A stretch of 64,000 nt of DNA from Gemmatimonadota bacterium (GTDB taxonomy: Bacteria > Gemmatimonadota > Gemmatimonadetes > Gemmatimonadales > GWC2-71-9). Where the stretch lies: NCBI GenBank assembly GCA_039588295.1, contig JBDHAB010000003.1, positions 64,001 to 128,000 on the forward strand. The letters are read 5' to 3'. How positions within the stretch are numbered: the stretch's first letter is position 1; each line of letters starts with the position of its first letter. Position numbers and translations under genes: made by a program. Under the pieces are notes generated by a model. The model did no database searches and was not told the DNA's origin. It saw nothing but the letters and a program-made list of their open reading frames with translations. Shown here piece by piece: positions 12,355-21,739 of this stretch.

Positions 12355-15300
12355 CCGAGCGATTGCGAGACGAGTCGCAGCTGTTCGGCGTGATGCGCGG
12401 CGGGATAGCCCTCGGCGGGCGCCGAATGTTCGGGCCGCGAGAGATAGCGCACCTCCGGAATTCCGGCAGCCGCAACGGCTTGAATTGCCGGCACTACCCA
12501 TTTCCGGGCGCCCATGTTCATCGGTTCTTCCTGCAGCCACACCACTTCTCGGACGTTGGGATACGACTCGATCAGCTCCGCGACCTGCGCCTCGGGGAAT
12601 GGATAGAACAGCTCGAGCCGACCCACTGCCACGTGCCTTGCATTGCCCCGCAGCGGCGAGTTGATGAGATCGTAGTACACCTTGCCGGAGCACAGCACGA
12701 GTCGTGACACCTCCTGCCGGTTTCCTGCCGGTGCCGGGTCGTCGAGGACGGGGCGGAACCGACCTTCACAGAGATGGCGGATCGACGATGTCGCCTGTGG
12801 TAATCGCAGCAGGCTCTTGGGGGTCATGACGATGAGCGGGCGCATCTCGTCGTGCTTCGCCTGTCGTCGAAGGAGATGGAAGTACTGCGCCGGCGTGGAG
12901 CAGTTGGCAACCCTGATGTTTCCCTCGGCTCCCAGTGCGAGGTATCGCTCCAACCGGGCACTCGAGTGCTCGGGTCCTTGACCCTCGTAGCCGTGTGGCA
13001 GCAAGAGGGTGAGCCGCGTCGTCTGTCCCCATTTCGCCAGTCCGGCGATGATGAACTGGTCGATGATCACCTCGGCACCGTTTGCGAAGTCGCCGAACTG
13101 GGCCTCCCACATCACCAGACTGTCTGCTGCCGCCACGCTGTATCCGTACTCGAACCCCATTGCGGCGTATTCTGACAGCGGCGAGTTGTGCAGTTCGAGT
13201 GGCGCGCTTGCCTGGGTCAGATGCTTGATCGGGGTGTACGGCGTACCAATCTCCGCGTCGAACAACGTGAGATGACGTTGGCTGAACGTGCCCCGCACGG
13301 TGTCCTGTCCGACGAGCCGGAGAGGCACTCTCTCCACCAGTAGTGACGCGAGCGCAAGAGCTTCGGCATGAGCCCAGTCGACGGGAGCATCGTTCGCGAA
13401 CGCTCCGCGCTGCCGATCGCGCACCTTCTGCAGTTTCCGGTTGACTCGGAAGTTGTCTGGCGCGGAGTAGAGTTGCTCGTTGAGCGCGCCGAGCAGCGTG
13501 AGATCCACCGCCGTCCGTGGCTCGTCGATCGGAATCGACAATCCCGAGATCCGAACCGGTTCTTCTCCCTCCGCTTCCGCCTGTTGGAGGTCGGCACGGA
13601 GTCGCGTCTGCGTCTCCGTGAACTCATGGTAAACCCGCTCGACGTCGGCTTCGGCCACCTCGGCCGTGACGACGTTCTGCTCGACTAGGGTGCGAGCGTA
13701 GATCTCGCGGACGGTCGGGTGGCTGTCGATGTTGAGATACATCACGGGCTGGGTATATCGCGGCTCGTCGCCCTCGTTGTGACCATGTCGGCGATAGCCC
13801 ACCAAGTTGATCACGACGTCGCCCCGGAACTTCTTGCGATACATGAGCGCGAGGTGAACGGCTGTGAGACAGGCCTCCGGGTCATCGGCGTTCACGTGCG
13901 CGATCGGAACGTCGAAGCCCTTGGCGAGGTCGCTGGCGAAATCGGTCGAACTAGCCTCGCGTTGTGGTGTCGTGAATCCGATCTGGTTGTTCGTGATGAT
14001 GTGTAAGGTGCCGCCTGTCGAGTAACCCTCGAGCCGCGCCAGGTTGATCGTCTCTGCGACCACCCCCTGAGCCGGAAACGCCGCGTCTCCGTGGATCAGG
14101 ATTGGCAGCACCTTGGTGGGATCGTGCCGGATCTCGGTCGTGGATCGGTCGGTCTGGCGAGCCCGTGCATAGCCCTCGACGACGGGATTGACCGCCTCCA
14201 AATGGCTGGGGTTCGGCATGAGGGTTACGGCAACCTGCTCGCCACGCCAAGTGCGGAAGGTCCCGGAGGCACCGTGGTGGTACTTTACGTCCCCTGTCCC
14301 GCCGATCGGTGTCAGGGTTTCCTCGACCTCGCGGCCTCCTTCGAATTCGGCAAGCAGCGTCTCCAACGGCAATCCGAGTATGTGCGTCAACACGTTGAGC
14401 CGACCGCGATGCGCCATGCCGATCACGGCCTCCCCCGCGCCCTGATCGACCGCCAGGTCCAACGCGCGATGCAGCATCGGGACGAGCATGTCCAGTCCTT
14501 CGATGCCGAAGCGCTTGTGGCCGAGGTAGTTGCGATGGAGAAACCGCTCGAGCACGTCGACGCTGGTGAGTTCGTTCAGCAACTGAAGCTTCTCTTCGTC
14601 GGAGAGCGGGTAGCGGTGCTCGCCGGACTCGATGACGCGCCGCAGCCAGACACGCTCTTCATGACTCGCGATGTGCTCGATCTCGTAGGCAATGGTGCCG
14701 CAATAGGTGTCACGCAGTCTCGGGAGGGCGTCTTCCAGGGTCTCCCCACCCACGTAGGTCTGGAGTACATCCGCCGGGACGTCGCGCATGATCTCGGGCG
14801 TGAGGCCCAGGTTGTCCGGTTCGAGCGCGGGATCGCCTCTGGGAGGCGTACCGAGTGGATCGAGCTGGGCAGCGAGATATCCGTGCGTGCGGTGGTTCTT
14901 GACCAATGACATCGCCGCGGCGACGTGATACAACATGTCGCGGCCGACCCCGACGCTCGGAGCTGGTTCGGGGCCGACGACCCGCGCCGCCACTGCAGAT
15001 TCGACCGAGAGCCACTCCACCCCCATGGCATCGGCGACGATTCGATAGAAATCCTGCTCCCCCTGCAGGAGCTGATCGACGGCTTGCAGAAAGAGCCCTG
15101 ACTCGGCGCCCTGAATAATCCGGTGATCGTAGGTGCTGGTCACAGTCATCGCCTTCACACCGGCGATGTCCCGAATCGCGCCGGTCGCGATGATAGATCC
15201 CTGTCCCTTCATGAGTCGAGGGACCGAAGTGACCGTACCGATCGTACCCGGATTGGTGAGCGTGATCGTTGCGCCAACGTATTCGTCGGGAAGGAGCTTG

Positions 15301-15959
15301 CCACCGCGTGCGCCCGCGACGAGGCGCTCGTACTCGTCGTGGAACTCCGAGAAGCTCCTCGTTTCCGCATGCTTGATCACGGGAACCATGAGCTTCCGCT
15401 CACCGCGCTTGCCCACCGTGTCAACGGCGAGGCCAAGGTTGACCGCGCCCGGATCGATCCGGAACGCCGCGTCACCCTCTCGAGCAACCGCGTGGACCAT
15501 GGACGGGTAATCACGAACGGCGTGAACGATTGCCCAGCCGATGAAGTGCGTGTATGAGAGCTTGATGTTGCGTTGCCGGAGCTGCCGGTTGCATGCTGCG
15601 CGGATCGACCAGAGTCGTGACACATCGACTTCGCGGAAGGACGTCGCGGTCGGGATGGTGAGCGACTCCTCCATGTTCTGGAGCTGCCGGAGCGCCGGGC
15701 CGGAGATCAGGTCTCCCGGTGGAGGCGGCGGTGCCGCTGCGGGTGGTGCGGCCGGGACCTGTGCACTCAGCGGCGGGCTGAGGGTGGCCTCCCTCATCGA
15801 TCCTTCGCGCCGCTGACCCGGCAGCGGCTCCTCGCCCTTGAGGCCGTTATCGAACAGCTCCCGCCATTGCTCTGGCACCGAGGAGGGATCCCGCAGGTAA
15901 TCCTCGTAGAGGGCCTGTGCGAAGCCCGAGTTGACGGTTTCGAAGATGTTGTCAAACAC
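12351..15959 (-). CDS. sucA: Multifunctional 2-oxoglutarate dehydrogenase E1 with N-terminal E2-like acyltransferase domain (Kgd/OdhA type)
   Basis: 1202 aa with YDHRIIQGAESG (E2), GMAHRGRLNVL, HGDAAFPAQG (ThDP), GHNEGDEP, WEAQFGDFANGA, LLPHGYEGQGPEHSS. Confidence 0.95.
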   Translation of the reverse strand: MFDNIFETVNSGFAQALYEDYLRDPSSVPEQWRELFDNGLKGEEPLPGQRREGSMREATLSPPLSAQVPAAPPAAAPPPPPGDLISGPALRQLQNMEESLTIPTATSFREVDVSRLWSIRAACNRQLRQRNIKLSYTHFIGWAIVHAVRDYPSMVHAVAREGDAAFRIDPGAVNLGLAVDTVGKRGERKLMVPVIKHAETRSFSEFHDEYERLVAGARGGKLLPDEYVGATITLTNPGTIGTVTSVPRLMKGQGSIIATGAIRDIAGVKAMTVTSTYDHRIIQGAESGLFLQAVDQLLQGEQDFYRIVADAMGVEWLSVESAVAARVVGPEPAPSVGVGRDMLYHVAAAMSLVKNHRTHGYLAAQLDPLGTPPRGDPALEPDNLGLTPEIMRDVPADVLQTYVGGETLEDALPRLRDTYCGTIAYEIEHIASHEERVWLRRVIESGEHRYPLSDEEKLQLLNELTSVDVLERFLHRNYLGHKRFGIEGLDMLVPMLHRALDLAVDQGAGEAVIGMAHRGRLNVLTHILGLPLETLLAEFEGGREVEETLTPIGGTGDVKYHHGASGTFRTWRGEQVAVTLMPNPSHLEAVNPVVEGYARARQTDRSTTEIRHDPTKVLPILIHGDAAFPAQGVVAETINLARLEGYSTGGTLHIITNNQIGFTTPQREASSTDFASDLAKGFDVPIAHVNADDPEACLTAVHLALMYRKKFRGDVVINLVGYRRHGHNEGDEPRYTQPVMYLNIDSHPTVREIYARTLVEQNVVTAEVAEADVERVYHEFTETQTRLRADLQQAEAEGEEPVRISGLSIPIDEPRTAVDLTLLGALNEQLYSAPDNFRVNRKLQKVRDRQRGAFANDAPVDWAHAEALALASLLVERVPLRLVGQDTVRGTFSQRHLTLFDAEIGTPYTPIKHLTQASAPLELHNSPLSEYAAMGFEYGYSVAAADSLVMWEAQFGDFANGAEVIIDQFIIAGLAKWGQTTRLTLLLPHGYEGQGPEHSSARLERYLALGAEGNIRVANCSTPAQYFHLLRRQAKHDEMRPLIVMTPKSLLRLPQATSSIRHLCEGRFRPVLDDPAPAGNRQEVSRLVLCSGKVYYDLINSPLRGNARHVAVGRLELFYPFPEAQVAELIESYPNVREVVWLQEEPMNMGARKWVVPAIQAVAAAGIPEVRYLSRPEHSAPAEGYPAAHHAEQLRLVSQSLG

Positions 15960-16068
15960 GAGTCGGCTGGCTGCCTTTCAGTCCCAACGTCTTGCGAACA
16001 CGCAAGATAGGAAGATCGGTTCCGCAAGTCGAGTTGACGCGTGCCTTAGCGGTAACCAGAGTCGAGGC

Positions 16069-16740
16069 ATGGAGATTCCCCGGATTCCCCATTCTTGGGC
16101 GGTGACGGCCAAGCAGGCGATCGCCATTCAGCGCCGTCTAGCTTCGTCGGTGCGACCGACACGCCCCCGCCGACGGCTGCGTCTGATCGCAGGGGTCGAC
16201 GCCGCCTTCTCCCGCGACGGCAAGCATTGCATTGCCGCTGCCGTGGTATGGGATCTCGAGGACCGGCGGGTCGTCGAGCAGCGGACAGCGCGACGACGGC
16301 TTCGGTTTCCCTATGTCCCGGGTCTTCTTTCGTTCCGCGAGGCGCCGGCAGTGATCGCGGCGCTGCGATCAGTCGAGTGCGAGCCGGACGTGATCATGTG
16401 CGATGCGCACGGCCTCGCTCACCCGCGACGGTTTGGGCTTGCGTGCCATGTCGGGGTCATCTGCGGCATTCCCACGATCGGATGTGCAAAGAGCCGCCTC
16501 ACGGGTACGCATCGCCCGCCCGCCGTCAGACGCGGCTCACGCGTGCAGCTGGTTGATGGGATCGAGGTGGTTGGCAGTGTGGTCCGGACGCGGGAAGGCA
16601 TCCGACCGGTCTACGTGAGCGTCGGGCATCTGATCGATCTGCGCACGGCGGAGCAGCTCGTGCTGGAGTCGGCAGTGCGCTTTCGGCTTCCGGAGCCGAC
16701 GCGGTTGGCGGACAAGTTGGTCGGACAAACGGTCGGGTAG
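16069..16740 (+). CDS. nfi: Endonuclease V
   Basis: IAGVDAAF, FPYVPGLLSFRE, DAHGLAHPRRFGLACH, GCAKSRL, PEPTRLAD. ATG 16069 follows GAGG. Confidence 0.95.
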   Translation: MEIPRIPHSWAVTAKQAIAIQRRLASSVRPTRPRRRLRLIAGVDAAFSRDGKHCIAAAVVWDLEDRRVVEQRTARRRLRFPYVPGLLSFREAPAVIAALRSVECEPDVIMCDAHGLAHPRRFGLACHVGVICGIPTIGCAKSRLTGTHRPPAVRRGSRVQLVDGIEVVGSVVRTREGIRPVYVSVGHLIDLRTAEQLVLESAVRFRLPEPTRLADKLVGQTVG

Positions 16741-16812
16741 GCGGATGGACAGAGGGATGGGCGGCCAGCGTGACCGTGTCCAGCCTAGCGAGTCGGCGAT
16801 CCGTCAACCGAC
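16715..16812. repeat. Degenerate 4/8-bp periodic, imperfectly palindromic repeat tract
   Basis: GGTCGGAC-AAAC-GGTCGGGT-A-GGCGGATG-GACAGAGG-GATGGGCG followed by a pyrimidine-rich arm CCGTCAACCG, between convergent genes. Confidence 0.5.
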
Positions 16813-16818
16813 ATGTGT

Positions 16819-18162
16819 CTACCCCACCCTCCGTGTCTTCCGCCGCATGAAGTCCATCAGAATGTACTGGCCCAGGGTCATGGTGTTTGTGAAGTACGCC
16901 TTTCCGCGAGAGATCTCGCACACCTTCTTCACGAACTCGACCAACATCCGCTCGCGCGCGAGCATAAAGGTATTGATCATGATGCCAGCCCGTTTGCAGG
17001 CGGACACCTCGCGGAATGTTTCCTTGAGGATCTTGGGGTCGAGCCCCATCGAGTTCACGTAGACCTGTCCGTCGGGAAGGGTCAGAGCCGACGGCTTTCC
17101 GTCGGTGATCATGATGATCTGCCGCATGTCTTTCTTTTGAGCGAGCAGAATGCGGCGGGAGAGCTTGAGACCTTCGGCCGTGTTCGTGTGAAATGGGCCG
17201 ACCTGGGCGTGAGCCAACCTGGCGAGCGGGATCTCTTCCGCAGTGTCGTGAAACAGCACGACGCGAATCGAGTCACCAGGGAACTGTGTCCGGATCAGGT
17301 GGGTGAGCGCGAGCGCGACTCGTTTGGCCGGCGTGAACCGGTCTTCGCCGTACAGGATCATGGAGTGGGAGCAGTCGAGCATCAGTACGGTCGCGGCGCT
17401 CGAGCGATACTCCGACTGGTGGACCATGAGATCGGGATAGTCGAGGTCGAGGAAGGGTGAATCGTCGGACGGTCGGTTGGGCAGTTGGCCGTCTGTCTCT
17501 GCACGTCTGCTCAGCCGTCCAACCGCCTTCTTCAGCGTCTCAGGCACATCCAGATTCATCGTATCGCCGAACTCATACGGCTTCGAGGCCGCTTCCGCTT
17601 CGACACCCGTCGCAAGGTGGGCAGTCTCATGCGCTCCGAAGCTCGATTTCCCTACGCTCCCCAAGAGCTGCTTCAACGCCCGGTAGCCCAGGAAGTCCAG
17701 ACCCTTCTCCGTCAAATTGAACTGAACGTGCTGCGCAGCCGATTGTGCTTGCCCGCCCGGGCCGAACACCTGCTGGTGACCCTCGGGCATCTGTGGCGAC
17801 TCACTGACGTTCAGATAGCCTTGCTCGATGAGCCGCTGCACGATCTGGTCGAGTAGATCGGCCAACGCCTGCTGGATCTCGGTATCGCGCTGCGCGTCGC
17901 CGGTCGAGTCCCCTCTGAGGACCTGTAGCATCTCCGGGGTGAGCTTGCCGGATTCCATGAGCGCCTGGAGAATCGCCTGCCTCAGCGCGTCCAGCGACCG
18001 GTCCGCCTCGTCGTCGCCAAACGACCCCCAATACGAGTGGTGCATCGGTACGCCGGCGAATCCCGACTGGAGCAGGAAATCGCCGAGCTCGTCCAGCAGG
18101 TCCTCGAGGTTAATGGCGTCGAGGAGTTGCGGCAGATACTTGGAGTAGGTCGTGTAGCGCAT
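16819..18162 (-). CDS. von Willebrand factor A (vWA) domain protein
   Basis: MIDAS motif [22 protein letters not shown]. 447 aa. Confidence 0.9.
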   Translation of the reverse strand: MRYTTYSKYLPQLLDAINLEDLLDELGDFLLQSGFAGVPMHHSYWGSFGDDEADRSLDALRQAILQALMESGKLTPEMLQVLRGDSTGDAQRDTEIQQALADLLDQIVQRLIEQGYLNVSESPQMPEGHQQVFGPGGQAQSAAQHVQFNLTEKGLDFLGYRALKQLLGSVGKSSFGAHETAHLATGVEAEAASKPYEFGDTMNLDVPETLKKAVGRLSRRAETDGQLPNRPSDDSPFLDLDYPDLMVHQSEYRSSAATVLMLDCSHSMILYGEDRFTPAKRVALALTHLIRTQFPGDSIRVVLFHDTAEEIPLARLAHAQVGPFHTNTAEGLKLSRRILLAQKKDMRQIIMITDGKPSALTLPDGQVYVNSMGLDPKILKETFREVSACKRAGIMINTFMLARERMLVEFVKKVCEISRGKAYFTNTMTLGQYILMDFMRRKTRRVG

Positions 18163-18215
18163 CAGTCAGAGTCTTCCCCTCAGTGGTAAACTGGAATGGG
18201 AGGAAAGTTCTTGCA

Positions 18216-19538
18216 ATGACCGGCGACGGATTGACAGACAGACGGGGGGACGGATTGGAGGGTGGTGAGCAGGCAACCGCCCAACCGTCCAACCATCGAT
18301 CCGTCCTCCCATCGATCAAGCCAGTAGCGCGCCGTGCGGTCTTCCCCGCGTTGCGCCACCGCAATTTCCGATTGTACTACGTCGGGTTCGTCGTGTCGTT
18401 GGCCGGTACGTGGATGCAGCGGGTAGCGCAGTCCTGGCTGGTGCTGGAGCTCACCGACTCGGCGTTCTACGTCGGGCTGGTCGATGCGCTGAGCATGATG
18501 CCGGTTCTGGTGTTCACGCTCTACGCCGGAGTGTTGGCGGACAGATTCCCAAAGCGACGGCTAGTGGTGATGACGCAGTCGGGTGCCATGGTGCTCGCGC
18601 TCACCCTCACGGCACTGGTCTTTGCCAACGTCGTGGTGCTATGGCACATCGTCACGATTGCCGCACTGATGGGACTGGCACAGGCATTCGACATTCCTGC
18701 CCGCCACGCGTTGATGGTCGAGCTGGTCGGCACGGAGGATCTGACTAATGCCATCGCTCTCAACTCCTCGGCGTTCAATGCGACACGGGTGGTGGCACCG
18801 GCGGTGGCCGGAGCGCTCATCGCCACCGTCGGCGTTGGTGTGTGCTTTCTGATCAACGGCGTGTCGTACATCGCCGTGATCGTCGCACTACTCGTAATAC
18901 GGTTGCCGCCATTCCGGCGGCCGGATAGCACGGCGTCTACCTGGCAACACTTGCGCGACGGACTGCACTACGTGCTCTCGGACGTCCGGAGCCGAACGTT
19001 GGTGCTCAACATCGCCACGTTCAGCGTGTTCGGGCTCCCCACGTTCGTGTTGATGCCCGTCATGGCTCGAGACATGCTAGGTCAAGGTGCCGAGGCCTAC
19101 GGCTGGATGATGTCTGCGGTGGGTCTGGGAGCGCTCGCCGGCGCCCTTGGACTCGCCGTATTCGGACACCGGCTCCGGCGCGGCCCGCTCGTGACCTGGG
19201 CCGCGACGGCCTTCGGCATCATGGTGGTCCTGTTTGCCTTGTCCCGATCCCTCGCGCTCAGCCTCGTGATTCTCGTCGTGCTCGGGTTCGTCACGTTCTT
19301 CACCACGGCCCTAACGAATACGCTGCTGCAAACGATTGCGCCCGATGCATTGCGGGGACGCGTCGTCTCGTTTTACGTGTGGGCGTTTCTCGGACTGGGG
19401 CCGTTTGGAGCGCTGCAGGCGGGAGCGGTGGCTGAGAGAATCGGCACCGGGAACGCCTTGGCGCTCGGCGGCGTCATCTGCACGATCGTCGCCGCCTCGA
19501 TGCTGCTGCGATCACGGCACTTGCGGGAAACGGCGTAG
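18216..19538 (+). CDS. MFS transporter (transmembrane secretion effector / DUF894-like)
   Basis: ALRHRNFRLY, GTWMQRVAQSWLV, AGVLADRFPKRRL, NAIALNS, about 12 TM helices. Start uncertain. Confidence 0.9.
   Translation: MTGDGLTDRRGDGLEGGEQATAQPSNHRSVLPSIKPVARRAVFPALRHRNFRLYYVGFVVSLAGTWMQRVAQSWLVLELTDSAFYVGLVDALSMMPVLVFTLYAGVLADRFPKRRLVVMTQSGAMVLALTLTALVFANVVVLWHIVTIAALMGLAQAFDIPARHALMVELVGTEDLTNAIALNSSAFNATRVVAPAVAGALIATVGVGVCFLINGVSYIAVIVALLVIRLPPFRRPDSTASTWQHLRDGLHYVLSDVRSRTLVLNIATFSVFGLPTFVLMPVMARDMLGQGAEAYGWMMSAVGLGALAGALGLAVFGHRLRRGPLVTWAATAFGIMVVLFALSRSLALSLVILVVLGFVTFFTTALTNTLLQTIAPDALRGRVVSFYVWAFLGLGPFGALQAGAVAERIGTGNALALGGVICTIVAASMLLRSRHLRETA
18224..18317. repeat. Degenerate periodic inverted repeat
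   Basis: GACGGATT occurs twice in the purine-rich left arm; the right arm is CCAACCGTCCAACCATCGATCCGTCC. CCGTCCAACC is shared with 17515-17524. Confidence 0.55.
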
Positions 19539-19548
19539 GCGGACCGGG

Positions 19549-20181
19549 CTACCACCCCCTCGCCCGTGCAGCCACAACGATCAGGTCCGCCGCTTGTGCG
19601 TAACTGAACACTCCCGTGTTCACCACGAGATGGTAGTTCCCCGGGTCCTCCCATTCCCGATCGTAGTACGTTTTGACGTACCGCCGCCGTCCCCCGTCAG
19701 TGCGTTCAACTGCACGTTCGGCATCCTTCTTGGTAATGCCGAGTCGCTTCATCGCCGCCTCGGTGCGCTGCTCCCGCGGCGCCACGATGAACACGTGCAA
19801 GGAGTCGATCCGTTGGGCCAGACACGCCTGCGCCCCGCGCCCGACGAGAATGAGATTGCGCTCCGCTTGAACGGTTTGCTCGATCACGGCCTCGGTCGCC
19901 CGCACCAGGTCGTTTTCATTGGTGAAACGATCCCCCGGTGCCGCGCCCGCTGCCACGAACACCTCGGGCGAGGATATCGCCAGTGCGCGCGCAAGTCGCT
20001 CAGCGAGCCCCGGTACTTGTTCTTCCCGCTCTTCTACCTCCTTGCGCGGCACGCCTGCCTGCTCGGCGACGCGATCGACGAATTCGTTGTCGATGAGCTG
20101 CCATCCGAGCCGCTCCGCCACGAGCCGAGCGATGTTCGAGCCGCCGGAGGCGTATTGGCGCGAAATCGTGATGATCGGCAT
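19549..20181 (-). CDS. Cytidylate kinase-like family protein
   Basis: IITISRQYASGG P-loop-like motif, VGRGA, DGGRRRYVKTYY, YHLVVNT. Confidence 0.88.
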   Translation of the reverse strand: MPIITISRQYASGGSNIARLVAERLGWQLIDNEFVDRVAEQAGVPRKEVEEREEQVPGLAERLARALAISSPEVFVAAGAAPGDRFTNENDLVRATEAVIEQTVQAERNLILVGRGAQACLAQRIDSLHVFIVAPREQRTEAAMKRLGITKKDAERAVERTDGGRRRYVKTYYDREWEDPGNYHLVVNTGVFSYAQAADLIVVAARARGW

Positions 20182-20193
20182 CGGCGGTCGTCG

Positions 20194-21663
20194 CTAGCCG
20201 AACAGCGGTTGCCCCCCGGCGGAGGGTCCAAGCCCGCCGATCCCGCCGGATCGCGCTCGGGCATAGCCCAACTCATCCGTCCGTGAGATGCGCTTGTGCG
20301 CCACCAGGCCCTCCAGGATGAGCTCGCAGGCTGAAACAGCAGGTGCGGGATCCGATCGGTTGGCAAGCCCGGCGAGCTCGACGGCGTCCAGCAAGCCGGG
20401 CACCGTGGAGAACCCCTTGAGGCAGAGAGGCGAGCGCTCGTTCGGCGAGACCTTTAACGCGCCACCTTGATCGAACCACTCGACCACGGCGTCGCAGTCG
20501 AGCCCGCCACAGCGCGCGTCAAACGTCTGTCCCGCCGCCCGCCGCACGAGATCGCGTGCAATGGTGTCCGCGCCCTGGAGCTCTCCCTCGTACTCGAGTT
20601 CGATCTTGCCCGTTATGGCAGGGAGCGCGCTGTACACGTCCGAGAGGCGGGGGACAATCCGGTCCTCTTTCGACCGGATACCGCGTTGCTCCGCGTTCGA
20701 TACCACGTTTTCGAGTACGGCTATTGGAAGGCGCTGACTTACCCCCGAACGGCCATCGATTCGCTTGTCGGACCTGGCTTCGAAGGCAATCCGCTCGACC
20801 AGCTCCTTGATGAAGTCGGGGATCTCAATGGCGCGACCGTCGCGCTCGGTCCAGGCCTCCTGCCCCGTGATCTGCATCCCATACTCGACCGTCGGCGGAT
20901 AGTGCGTGAGAATCTCGCTTCCGATGCGGTCCTTGAGAGGTGTGATGATCTTGCCGCGGGCCGTGTAGTCCTCGGGGTTCGCGGAGAAGACCAGCAGCAC
21001 ATCGAGGGCCAGACGGATCGGATATCCTTTGATCTGAACGTCACCCTCCTGCATGATGTTGAAGAGGCCCACCTGAATCTTCCCGGCGAGGTCGGGCAAC
21101 TCGTTGATCGCGAAGATGCCGCGGTTGCTCCGAGGGAGCAGGCCGTAGTGGATGGTCAACTCATCGGAGAGCAGGTGACCACCCCGCGCGGCCTTGATCG
21201 GGTCTACATCGCCGATCATGTCCGCGATCGTGACGTCCGGCGTCGCGAGCTTTTCCACGAATCGCCGGTGCCTCGGGATCCACTCGATCGGCGTCCGGTC
21301 ACGGTGTTCATTCAGCAGCTGGCGTCCGGACTTAGAGATCGGATGAAACGGGTTGTCGTTGACCTCACTCCCGGCGATGATAGGGATCTCCTCATCGAGC
21401 AAGCTCACGAGCTGTCGGAGGATCCGGCTCTTGGCCTGTCCGCGCAGACCGAGCAAGATGAGATTGTGGCGTGCCAGCAGCGCATTCACGACCTGAGGTA
21501 CAACGCTCTCCTCGAATCCCACGATACCGGGAAACACCTCCCGACCCATCTCGAGCAAGCATATCAGGTTGTGACGCATCTCGTCTTTCACGGAGCGGTT
21601 GTGCACCTGCGGATCGCTCCAGGCCGTCTGCTTGAGTTCCCCCAACGTCTGTGGCTTGGTCAT
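20194..21663 (-). CDS. Magnesium chelatase ChlI-like / MoxR-related AAA+ ATPase
   Basis: Variant Walker A GLRGQAKS, Walker B region FAINELPDL, SANPEDYTARG, PLKDRIG. Confidence 0.88.
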   Translation of the reverse strand: MTKPQTLGELKQTAWSDPQVHNRSVKDEMRHNLICLLEMGREVFPGIVGFEESVVPQVVNALLARHNLILLGLRGQAKSRILRQLVSLLDEEIPIIAGSEVNDNPFHPISKSGRQLLNEHRDRTPIEWIPRHRRFVEKLATPDVTIADMIGDVDPIKAARGGHLLSDELTIHYGLLPRSNRGIFAINELPDLAGKIQVGLFNIMQEGDVQIKGYPIRLALDVLLVFSANPEDYTARGKIITPLKDRIGSEILTHYPPTVEYGMQITGQEAWTERDGRAIEIPDFIKELVERIAFEARSDKRIDGRSGVSQRLPIAVLENVVSNAEQRGIRSKEDRIVPRLSDVYSALPAITGKIELEYEGELQGADTIARDLVRRAAGQTFDARCGGLDCDAVVEWFDQGGALKVSPNERSPLCLKGFSTVPGLLDAVELAGLANRSDPAPAVSACELILEGLVAHKRISRTDELGYARARSGGIGGLGPSAGGQPLFG

Positions 21664-21739
21664 GTGATCGTTAGCACCTCAGGAGTCGGCTGTGGCCGTG
21701 GTATGCCCGCCGTTATATACCCACCGTGGAGAGACGCGT

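Noticed and set aside
16715..18317. CRISPR array or IS ends
   Set aside because: The repeats are short, degenerate and lack a repeat-spacer structure. No cas or transposase genes are in the window.
20194..21663. Photosynthesis-related magnesium chelatase (bchI)
   Set aside because: No bch, puf or crt genes are nearby, and the sequence fits the generic AAA/vWA-associated family.
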